Source of the DNA: Nitrososphaeraceae archaeon
GTDB lineage: Archaea > Thermoproteota > Nitrososphaeria > Nitrososphaerales > Nitrososphaeraceae
Reading direction: 5' to 3'
Length of the DNA: 17,397 nucleotides
NCBI GenBank assembly: GCA_035250975.1
Contig: DATFEP010000044.1
Span: forward strand, 1-17,397
This document shows positions 1 through 8,083 of the stretch, in pieces. Each line of letters starts with the position of its first letter. Within the stretch, counting starts at the first letter, position 1. A program made the position numbers and the translations under genes. The notes beneath the pieces are model-generated. The model ran no database searches and was not told the origin of the DNA. It saw only the letters and a list, made by a program, of their open reading frames with translations.

Positions 1-600
1 ACTTGGTCTCATTATCTATTATAATAATAAATAATAAAAAGCGATTTAAAGAATTATTGCAAGATACTTGCATAAAAAACGTGTGGTATTATTGTCAATA
101 GAATTTTATAGATAGAGAGATAGGTAGGTAGAGGGATAGAAAGATTGATAGGTAGATAATTCATCAATGTACCGTAATCTACTATAGTCAAGTTGTTGAT
201 TGACATTTACAAAATAGATTTAAGTTATCAGTTAAATGATTAACTGCAAAAGGTGATGAGTAAATTAGAAAAGTTACCTCGGGTAAGAAGCAGATTTTCT
301 AGACAATGTCTGTATGTCAACCCACATATATTTAATAAATACATATTAAATCAGAAATTAGATATGGAAATATGTAGATGTCACCTCAGAAGGGATCACA
401 GTCGAACCGGAAAATTTAGGGTTGAAGAAAGAACAAATAACTGATGGAATTAAGTTGATTTCTGAAGTCACAAAAGTAAATTTTAACGTTTAGGAATGAT
501 AATTTGAACATAGTATTAATTGGTATAGATAGTTTTTGTATATTACAGCGATCATTATATTTGTATAATATTAATAAAGTATTGTTGAAAATAAAAAAAG

Positions 601-744
601 TTAGTGACCGTGTCCACAGCCACAACCTGTATGTCCATGTTCTTGTCCTTGTCTTTCTATACAAGAGGGACAAATAGCAACATTATTTTCAGACATAAAG
701 GAAACACCACATGATGTACACTTTAATTTTTGAATTCCTTCCAT
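601..744 (-). CDS. 47-aa zinc-ribbon-like metal-binding protein with His/Cys-rich tail (not in ORF track)
   Basis: Manual translation from ATG (744) to TAA (601): MEGIQKLKCTSCGVSFMSENNVAICPSCIERQGQEHGHTGCGCGHGH. Two CxxC knuckles, a HGHTGCGCGHGH tail and a TATA-like box 23-30 nt upstream. Confidence 0.85.
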   Translation of the reverse strand: MEGIQKLKCTSCGVSFMSENNVAICPSCIERQGQEHGHTGCGCGHGH

Positions 745-766
745 GTCTTACAATGATATTTATCCT

Positions 767-774
767 TATTAATA
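767..774 (-). promoter_or_regulatory. Putative archaeal TATA box (TATTAATA) for the 47-aa gene
   Basis: Lies 23-30 nt upstream of the ATG at 744, the spacing expected for a leaderless archaeal transcript. AT-rich background weakens the call. Confidence 0.45.
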
Positions 775-863
775 CCTTAGCAACTTTGATAATCTAATAT
801 TATTTTAAAGAGATCTGAATAAATTAAATAAATATCATTCATTCTTTTTTACCAATTGTAAAT

Positions 864-1028
864 ATGTTAAAAAATGAAGCAAGGTTGTGGGAATCCCGAT
901 ATATAATCTAATAATATGGAGTTTATGCCTGGTGGGAACCAAGAATAGTTTGTATCGCTAAAAGCTTTGTAGGTCATACTTATCAAATGTGTTCATGTCA
1001 TAATTGCGGCCTGATTTCAACGGAATAA
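864..1028 (+). pseudogene. Possible decayed small zinc-ribbon gene
   Basis: Fragments in two frames with stops: ...GCGNPDI*SNNMEFMPGG... and ...SFVGHTYQMCSCHNCGLISTE*, ending in a CxxCG knuckle. Confidence 0.2.
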
Positions 1029-1458
1029 TCTAATAAAAAAATCTCCAGATCATTTAATGCTATCAATTTTCTGATCATCAAAAAGAACTGAGTTGTAACT
1101 CCAAACAGATGTCATCATATAAAAGGAAATCGAGGTCCTACAATCACCCTAACGAAGATAAATAACCAGAATTCACGCTCCATCAATATCGCCAAGAATA
1201 GAATAACTAAAACTAAAAATCCTTGTCTGATGTGAGTATACGATAGGACAGCAGAGATTCGAGTTTTTTTAATTAAATCGATTTTATTATTACTTCAAAC
1301 AGTGATATTACTTAAGGATTTGAAGAAAATAATAAGTTATCTATTATATTATATAATTTAATTGACTTGATTATTTTACATAATGATATATTCCCAGACC
1401 TTTGTATCAAATCTTTAAAACTTTTAAATTTAATATAAAGTAAACATTTAAGCTAACA

Positions 1459-2310
1459 ATGAAAGGAGGAGAGCGAGTGGTCTTAGTAACGGGGGCATCA
1501 AGTGGAATAGGATTCGAAACTGCTGTACTATTAGCTAGAAACGGTTTCATGACGTATGCAACCATGAGAAATCCAGATAAATCCACAAGATTATCAGAAC
1601 TGGCAAATAAAGAAAAACTAGACATAAAAATTAGAAAACTAGATGTCAATGATGAAACTGGAATAAACGAAACTATCGATCAAGTAATATCAGAAACAGG
1701 TACAATAGATGTACTTGTAAATAATGCAGGATATGCTATTTTCGGAGCACTTGAAGATACCGCTTTGGACGAGATAAGAGAACAATTTGAAACAAACTTT
1801 TTTGGACCTGTCAGCACTATCAAGGCGGTAATACCAATAATGAAAAAGCAAAATGGCGGCAAGATAATAAATTTAAGTTCTATGGTAGGCAGATTTGGCG
1901 TACCTTTCAATTCTGCCTACGTAGCTAGTAAATTCGCATTAGAGGGAATTACGGAATCTATAAGATATGAATTACATGATTATAATATTAAAATTATTTT
2001 AGTGGAACCTGGCATAATCAAGTCACATTTTTTTCAGAATATTAAACTATCAAACAAATCGACTTCTAGCTATTCCAAATTATTAAAAAAGAGAATGGAA
2101 GGCATAGAAACTATGTTAAAAAAAGCTACTCATCCAGTAACAGTAGCTGAAGTAATATTAGATATAATTAATTCGAGGTATACAAATATACGATATCTTG
2201 TAGGTCATGATGCTGAATTCATGATTAAATTAAAGAAAAATGCTACAGAAGAAGAATTTGAAGACCGGCTGAGAAAAACTTTTTCAAGTGGTAAAGGATA
2301 TATCAACTAA
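1459..2310 (+). CDS. Classical short-chain dehydrogenase/reductase (SDR)
   Basis: TGASSGIG Rossmann motif, NNAG, catalytic Ser region (NLSS), YVASK (YxxxK) and VEPG; 283 aa. Confidence 0.95.
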   Translation: MKGGERVVLVTGASSGIGFETAVLLARNGFMTYATMRNPDKSTRLSELANKEKLDIKIRKLDVNDETGINETIDQVISETGTIDVLVNNAGYAIFGALEDTALDEIREQFETNFFGPVSTIKAVIPIMKKQNGGKIINLSSMVGRFGVPFNSAYVASKFALEGITESIRYELHDYNIKIILVEPGIIKSHFFQNIKLSNKSTSSYSKLLKKRMEGIETMLKKATHPVTVAEVILDIINSRYTNIRYLVGHDAEFMIKLKKNATEEEFEDRLRKTFSSGKGYIN

Positions 2311-2414
2311 TATTTTTCCTGAAAAAATAAAAAATTGTTAGTAAACAAGTGCGACAAAAAAATTGTAGAACATCAAAAATAAAATAATTTCAAGAGCAGC
2401 ATTAAGTTTTTAAG

Positions 2415-2466
2415 TCGTTCTTATTCTCTTGTAGACAATTTCGTTCTTATTCTCTTGCAGACAATT
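2415..2466. repeat. Tandem duplication, 2 x 26 bp
   Basis: TCGTTCTTATTCTCTTG(T/C)AGACAATT at 2415-2440 and 2441-2466, one mismatch, no spacer. Confidence 0.9.
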
Positions 2467-2698
2467 ATTAAATATACCAAAAAAATATATAATAGAGAAA
2501 ATATTAGCTCGGTTCGAATAATTTTTTCTGAAATTAATTTATTTTTAACTCTACCATGAAATGGTCTCGTGAAAATATTGATGACCAGAAGAGATCGAAT
2601 ACGATCTTGATACCCCCCACTCTCCCTCCTCGAAGTGATCCTGTATTAAAATAACCAAAAAATTGAGATCTTATTGATTTGCGAGGTATTGAAATAAA

Positions 2699-3031
2699 AT
2701 GATTGTAGGATTTGAAACTAATTTAGAAGAAATGGCAAATAAAGTAATTCTAGAATCCAAATCCAATATGAGCATAGAAGATCATAATCCTACTCATAAT
2801 CAGTTTTTAGAACTTGAAATAGAGGTACTGCAATGGGTCTTGCATGTAAAAAGCAAACAAGATAATGATCTACATTCTTTGAAGAGAATAATTCAGGAAA
2901 GGATAAATAAACTCTACATAGAACTAGAAAACACAAGAAATATCTCGAACACCAACAAAATTTCATATATCATTAACGTATTGAAACCATGTTTGTTTAT
3001 AATAAGTCTGAATTTGGGAGAGAAAGACTGA
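2699..3031 (+). CDS. Hypothetical helical protein, 110 aa
   Basis: ATG-started ORF, long for this AT content, with amphipathic helical composition; no recognised motif. Confidence 0.6.
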   Translation: MIVGFETNLEEMANKVILESKSNMSIEDHNPTHNQFLELEIEVLQWVLHVKSKQDNDLHSLKRIIQERINKLYIELENTRNISNTNKISYIINVLKPCLFIISLNLGEKD

Positions 3032-3275
3032 GAAAATTATATTAAAAAATTAATAATCGGTAAAGTCTTAGTAAAATCATTAAAAATAGTGCCTTTAAAA
3101 AATAAAAGATAAATTTAAAAAATAAAGACAGGCTATTAAATTAATATAAAAATCATAAAATTGAATGTCCCGCAGTATTATTGAATATTTATTGACGATC
3201 GAAATGTTTGTGAAATATTGAATTTGGTCAAAAAATATAGGAAATTCTAAATCATCGTCAGTACATTATATTATT

Positions 3276-3315
3276 ATGGCTATGACAAGACCTATGGCTA
3301 TCACAAGACCTATGG
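3276..3315 (+). repeat. In-frame 18-bp tandem repeat at the start of the SPFH gene
   Basis: ATGGCTATGACAAGACCT ATGGCTATCACAAGACCT ATGG, encoding MAMTRP MAITRP M. Confidence 0.85.
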
Positions 3316-4268
3316 TTGACTCAAATGATACAGTAGTTAGTAGAAGAGGGGCTAGCGGTTTATTTATTGTTGGAATTGTTGTCATTATTATTGGATTTGG
3401 AATAGGATTTTTTTTAATTTATGATAATACAGTTGAAATCTTATCGGTAATAATAGGAATTGTATTGATTATTTCGTCATTTATTTTTATAATCAAACAG
3501 TATGAAAGATCGATTATCTTGAGATTAGGAAAATTTACTAAACAAAGAAATCCTGGCATCCATAGCAGAATTCCATTTATTGATAACGTACTTGTAGTAG
3601 ATATAAGAGAAAAAGTTAGAGAATTTAATGCTGAAAGAATGTTGACAAAAGATAATGTTCCAGTTACAATCGATGCAATATTGAGATACAAAATTATTGA
3701 AGAGAGAACTAAAGATGCTATATTAAATGTAGAAAATTTTAATGAAATGATAAAACAGGTTTCACAAACTACTTTACGAAATAACATTGGTTCATCTTTA
3801 TTCCAAGATATATTATCTAAAAGAGAGGAAATTAATTACCATATCAAATCTATAATATCAAATGAGGCAAGTAATTGGGGAATTGAAGTTACAGGTGTAG
3901 AGATTCGCCAGGTAATCATACCACAAGAATTAGAGGCTGCTATGTCGAAACAAGCACAAGCTGAAAGAGAGAAAAGTGCGAGGATTACATATAGTGAATC
4001 AGAGGTTCTAGTTGCAAAAAAATTCGACGAGGCATCCAAAGCCTATGCAAATAACCCAATTGCCTATGCCTTAAGACAATCCAATATGTTATTTGAATCA
4101 ATAAAAGTTCAAGGAAACACCATAGTAATGGTGCCTTCGGAAAGCTTGAATTCTATGGGATTTGGAAATTTAGCAATGACTGTTGCATATCTAGAGAACA
4201 CAAAAAAAGCTGCGACTTCCAAAGAACAAACAGAAAAGGATATTGAAATAAATAAAATCAAAGAATAG
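3276..4268 (+). CDS. SPFH/band-7 (stomatin/slipin-like) membrane protein
   Basis: Two N-terminal hydrophobic helices, then QYERSIILRLGKF, LTKDNVPVTIDA, QTTLR, WGIEVTGVEIR and AMSKQAQAERE, all typical band-7 motifs. Confidence 0.95.
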   Translation: MAMTRPMAITRPMVDSNDTVVSRRGASGLFIVGIVVIIIGFGIGFFLIYDNTVEILSVIIGIVLIISSFIFIIKQYERSIILRLGKFTKQRNPGIHSRIPFIDNVLVVDIREKVREFNAERMLTKDNVPVTIDAILRYKIIEERTKDAILNVENFNEMIKQVSQTTLRNNIGSSLFQDILSKREEINYHIKSIISNEASNWGIEVTGVEIRQVIIPQELEAAMSKQAQAEREKSARITYSESEVLVAKKFDEASKAYANNPIAYALRQSNMLFESIKVQGNTIVMVPSESLNSMGFGNLAMTVAYLENTKKAATSKEQTEKDIEINKIKE

Positions 4269-4358
4269 ACTGTCGTTAAATTTTATAATAAAAATTGCTG
4301 TATTGCATATTCACTACTGCTAACATATTTAGCTGACCTATTCTAGTCATATTTTGGG

Positions 4359-4575
4359 GACTGGAGAAATTATAATTAGTATATGGTAAAGAGGTGAAAT
4401 ATTATTTGATATTGACGTTATTGACAACTAGCATACTGAATTCGAAAAGATGAACAAAAACAAGTAAGGCCGAAATTGATACATCCAGATTCATTTATTT
4501 ATCGAATTACTTGCTCATATGAGGATATATTTTCATTTACCATATAGACAGATTGAAGGTCTAGTAAGAGCACAT
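4359..4575 (+). mobile_element. Degenerate IS5-family (IS903-like) transposase, N-terminal fragment
   Basis: Joined across frameshifts and stops: DWRNYN*YMVKR / GEILFDIDVIDN*HTEFEKMNKNK*GR / HPDSFI / ELLAHMRIYFHLPYRQIEGLVRAH. Matches the recalled IS5 N-terminal consensus NWxxYNxxLxxRGE...YPDSF...FHLPYRQxEG. No DDE core remains. Confidence 0.85.
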
Positions 4576-4634
4576 CAAATTGATTTGGAGTATACCACAA
4601 ATTCAAATATACCTCACTTTCATTAATTTTAGTC

Positions 4635-5618
4635 TTGTTTAAGGATCTTTCAAAAAATAGAATAGATAATAAAAAGCCGCGAAAAGAGGGTTTAACTTAC
4701 ATTATAGACAAACTATCATCACTTGATAAAGATACCTTTGAAATTTTATCACCAGAAATAGATATGGTAAAAATTTACAATGTATTTCCATTATTAATGT
4801 CAGAATCTCAATTAGCAAAACGAATTACCTTCTATCATGATCTAAATATTCCTGTATCCACAGGAAGCACATTCGCAGAATATGCTATAATGAATAAATC
4901 ACTTGACAATTTTGTAAAAGATGTTTCTAAGATGGGATTTGACATCATAGAGATAGGAGAAAGTCATGTAGACTTGACTCTGGAGCAGAAAGAAAAAATC
5001 CGTGAAATGATATTATCCAATAGCTTAGAGATCCATTGGAAAATAGGAAAAAAGGATCCACGCCATCAACTTGGAGTAAGCACCATAATTACAAAGATAG
5101 AGGAGGCAATAAAAGTTGGAGCAAATAAAATAATTTTAGAAGCCAATCAGGGATATAATGTAGGCATATATGATGAAAACGGTCTAGTAAAATGGACTTT
5201 TATTAGAGCCATTACAGCTAAGTTTCCACCAAGTACATTTATTTTTGAAGCTCCTCTTGAATCTCAACAATCTGCATTATTAGCCGAATTTGGTGAACGA
5301 GTGAATCTGTCAGAAATAGGAATAGAATTTCTGGCATCAATAGAATCGCAAAGATTAGGATTTTTATCTAAATCAAGTTTCAGTTTAACATATCTTAAAC
5401 CACCAGATGGTGGACCAGCATTAAAGTTTGTGTATTATATAATCAAAAATAAAAATCCAATAGATCAAACAGAATTGATCAATCTAACTCATATGCCAAG
5501 AAGAACTGTTCAGAGTGCGTTGGATGAACTTTTATCTCAGGGTCTGATATCTGAAAGGTCAAGTTTAGATGATGCAAGAAAAAGAGTATATTATCCTATT
5601 CAATCTGATTGGCTTTAG
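4635..5618 (+). CDS. ComA (phosphosulfolactate synthase)-like TIM barrel fused to a C-terminal MarR-like winged HTH
   Basis: aa 1-245 carry ComA-family motifs KPRKEGLTYIIDK, IDMVK, GST, EI, GKK, IILEA, GIYD, IFEAP..SQQ, FG..VNL and ESQRLG. aa ~261-321 (PALKFVYYII...QTEL...MPRRTVQSALDELLSQGLI...DARKRVY) form an archaeal MarR-type wHTH. TTG start. Confidence 0.9.
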   Translation: MFKDLSKNRIDNKKPRKEGLTYIIDKLSSLDKDTFEILSPEIDMVKIYNVFPLLMSESQLAKRITFYHDLNIPVSTGSTFAEYAIMNKSLDNFVKDVSKMGFDIIEIGESHVDLTLEQKEKIREMILSNSLEIHWKIGKKDPRHQLGVSTIITKIEEAIKVGANKIILEANQGYNVGIYDENGLVKWTFIRAITAKFPPSTFIFEAPLESQQSALLAEFGERVNLSEIGIEFLASIESQRLGFLSKSSFSLTYLKPPDGGPALKFVYYIIKNKNPIDQTELINLTHMPRRTVQSALDELLSQGLISERSSLDDARKRVYYPIQSDWL

Positions 5619-5778
5619 ATTCAGTTCTTATTTTCGTACACATATGAACTATTTTCTTGAAACTATCAATATTTGCTGGTTGTAATTTATCGGTAATAGA
5701 TGTTATGCCCTCTTGACGTGGCTTTTTAACATCTGTATGTTCTAAAGCTAATATTTTGTTAAACATTAATTTTGACAT
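5596..5778 (-). pseudogene. Truncated N-terminal fragment of a second ComA-like paralog
   Basis: KKPRQEGITSITDKLQPANIDSF aligns with KKPRKEGLTYIIDKLSSLDKDTF of the neighbour. Similarity is lost after ~45 aa and the ORF runs 23 bp into the 3' end of the comA-HTH gene. Confidence 0.75.
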
Positions 5779-5799
5779 CCTTTAATGGTTATAAATTAA

Positions 5800-5807
5800 T
5801 TATTAAA
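5800..5807 (-). promoter_or_regulatory. Putative TATA box (TTTAATAA) for the comA-like fragment
   Basis: Lies 22-29 nt upstream of the ATG at 5778 on the minus strand. Confidence 0.35.
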
Positions 5808-6132
5808 TAGGCAGAAAATGGATCATATGCAAAAGTTACGTGTATAGTACTAAATAATTTTCTATAATAAAATTTGTACCGTTGTAATATTTTAGAAATT
5901 GAATAAAGGCATGAATGATGTAAGTTTTAATATTTAGTTTTTTTAAAAAATAAAATTTTTAATTCATTAAAATGGGGAAGGATTATCTTTCTTTACAATA
6001 ACAATAATCTAAAAAAAAGCTATTAGACTTGCTTATTGAACTTCTCTTATTGGATGCCAATTTTACATATATTTGAATTTTTAAGCACATTTGAATTGAA
6101 TTAAATATAATGAGATGTAATCAAAGGAAAAG

Positions 6133-6918
6133 ATGTACTGCAAAAATGATTATTCCAACCCGAAAGTATACCTGGATTTAAAAGAAGTATCTAAAAATTT
6201 TTTATATACAAATTCTAATAGGATGAACGTTGTATTAGAAAATGTAAATGTTCAAATTTTAGATGGTGAATTTGTTACAATTCTAGGGAAATCGGGTTGT
6301 GGGAAGACTACACTCCTTAATATAATTGCAGGTTTTGAAAATTCATTTGGTGGAGAAATACTACTTGACGGACAACCAATTCGAAATATTAGTCCAGATA
6401 TGGTAATGTTATTTCAAGAATCTGCGCTTTTTCCATGGCTTACATCCTTCCAAAACATAGATGTTGCCTTGAAAATGGCAAAGATTCCAAAGGATCAAAG
6501 AGAACAAATAATAAAACACTACTTGAAGATTGTTGATTTAACGGATTATTCGCATTCATATATTCATCAACTTTCAGGAGGCATGAAACAACGAGTCTCT
6601 CTGGCTAGGGCGCTCGCGTTAAATCCTAAAATTTTACTTATGGATGAGCCATTTGCTGCTTTAGATATTTCAATTAAAAACTCTCTTTACAAAGAGCTTT
6701 TAGAGTTACATAAAAAAACTAGAAAAACAATACTATTCGTAACTCACAATATTAACGAAGCTGTATTGTTGGGAGATAGGGTTATATTAATGTCTCCAAA
6801 ATTATGCAGTATAAAGAAAGAGTATATTATTGATATGCCTAAGGATGAAAGAATCAATAATCCAAATATCAAAAATTTAATTGACCAAATTACCTTGGAT
6901 TTATATGAAAATGAATAA
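6133..6918 (+). CDS. ssuB: ABC transporter ATP-binding subunit, NitT/TauT (SsuB/TauB-like) family
   Basis: Walker A GKSGCGKT, FQESALFPW, signature LSGGMKQR, Walker B LLMDEPFAALD and H-loop FVTHNINEA. Confidence 0.9.
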   Translation: MYCKNDYSNPKVYLDLKEVSKNFLYTNSNRMNVVLENVNVQILDGEFVTILGKSGCGKTTLLNIIAGFENSFGGEILLDGQPIRNISPDMVMLFQESALFPWLTSFQNIDVALKMAKIPKDQREQIIKHYLKIVDLTDYSHSYIHQLSGGMKQRVSLARALALNPKILLMDEPFAALDISIKNSLYKELLELHKKTRKTILFVTHNINEAVLLGDRVILMSPKLCSIKKEYIIDMPKDERINNPNIKNLIDQITLDLYENE

Positions 6919-6947
6919 ACAAGACTTGACGCTGGAGACTAGAAAGC

Positions 6948-7772
6948 TTGGAATCACAAATACAAAGTAGTAAAAAAAAATATAATCTAAGTAAAAGCAT
7001 AGTAAACAAGGATACATTAAGTTTAATAATTTTTATCGTAGGTTTCTTAGCTCTATGGCAATTAGTTTACATGTTAGAAATATGGCCAAAAGTATCTCTA
7101 CCATCGCCGTTTGCGGTGGGACAGACAATTGTAGATTTATTATTGGATTTCACATTAGTTAAAGGTACAGCGATTTCACTATGGAGGTTATTTTTAGGTT
7201 TTCTAATGTCTATTTCAATAGGATTAATTGTAGGTTTGATCATGGTCAAGTTTTTACATTTTGGAAAAACTATGAGTTCATTTGCTTTAGGTTTGCAGTC
7301 ATTTCCAAGTATTGCTTGGATTCCATTTGCTATTTTATTAATAGGCTTTAACGATTATGGAATATTGTTCGTAGTTGTTATGAGTTCTGTTTTTTCAGTT
7401 ATGCTCTCAACGTATAGTGGGATTCAAAATATTTCTCCAATATATATAAAAGCTGCCAAGAATATGGGTGCAAAGGGATTTTCATTATTTAGATATGTAT
7501 TGATCCCTGCTGCCACTCCTTCTTTGATTATAGGTATGAGGCAGGCATGGTCATTTGCTTGGCATGCATTAATTGGTGCAGAAATGCTAATAACAACCCT
7601 TGTCGGATTAGGTCACATATTATCCGTAGGAAGAGAATTCTCTAATATGAGTCAAATAATTGCAACCATGTTGGTTATATTTGCAATAGGTTTAGTCTTT
7701 GATAGATTCGTGTTTTCAAAAATCGAAGAAAAGGTGCGCAATAGATGGGGACTAAATCAGCAGCAGAATTAA
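6948..7772 (+). CDS. ssuC: ABC transporter permease, NitT/TauT (SsuC/TauC-like) family
   Basis: About six hydrophobic helices, LPSP, QSFPSIAWIP, EAA-like loop KAAKNMGA and W..LIGAE. Confidence 0.9.
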   Translation: MESQIQSSKKKYNLSKSIVNKDTLSLIIFIVGFLALWQLVYMLEIWPKVSLPSPFAVGQTIVDLLLDFTLVKGTAISLWRLFLGFLMSISIGLIVGLIMVKFLHFGKTMSSFALGLQSFPSIAWIPFAILLIGFNDYGILFVVVMSSVFSVMLSTYSGIQNISPIYIKAAKNMGAKGFSLFRYVLIPAATPSLIIGMRQAWSFAWHALIGAEMLITTLVGLGHILSVGREFSNMSQIIATMLVIFAIGLVFDRFVFSKIEEKVRNRWGLNQQQN

Positions 7773-8056
7773 TAATAATATTTTCAAAGAAAATTTATTT
7801 ACTAATAATAAATGGTTAATAGATGATATTAGATATGACCTTGATAAATATTATGTCACGATTACAGTAAATTATGTTTATAAAATATATTATTTATTCT
7901 ATTTATTCGCAGATTCAGTATAGATACATATCTTGACTTGAAAACAATAACCTTCAAATGCTATCCTATTGTTCTCAAGATTGTCTACTCAATTTTTTAG
8001 TTAGTTAATGGAAAAAAATGCATATAAATGTCAAATTATGCGTATTCAATAGCATT

Positions 8057-8064
8057 CTTATATA
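8057..8064 (+). promoter_or_regulatory. Putative TATA box (CTTATATA) for the substrate-binding protein gene
   Basis: Lies 20-27 nt upstream of the ATG at 8084. The 311-bp gap after the permease suggests a separate promoter. Confidence 0.4.
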
Positions 8065-8083
8065 GATTTTACCTTGTTTATTT

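Noticed and set aside
108-158. Purine-rich GATAG/GGTAG stretch
   Set aside because: Irregular low-complexity sequence without a fixed period or assignable function.
253-493. 63-aa ORF and an overlapping protein-like frame (IWKYVDVTSEGITVEPENLGLKKEQ...)
   Set aside because: Possibly a decayed gene, but no family could be recognised.
416-673. 85-aa minus-strand ORF
   Set aside because: It overlaps the better supported 47-aa Cys/His ORF in another frame and has no motif.
4635-5618. Coenzyme M biosynthesis locus with canonical comA
   Set aside because: Active-site motifs are altered, an HTH is fused, and no comB, comC or comDE is in the window, so the gene symbol was withheld.
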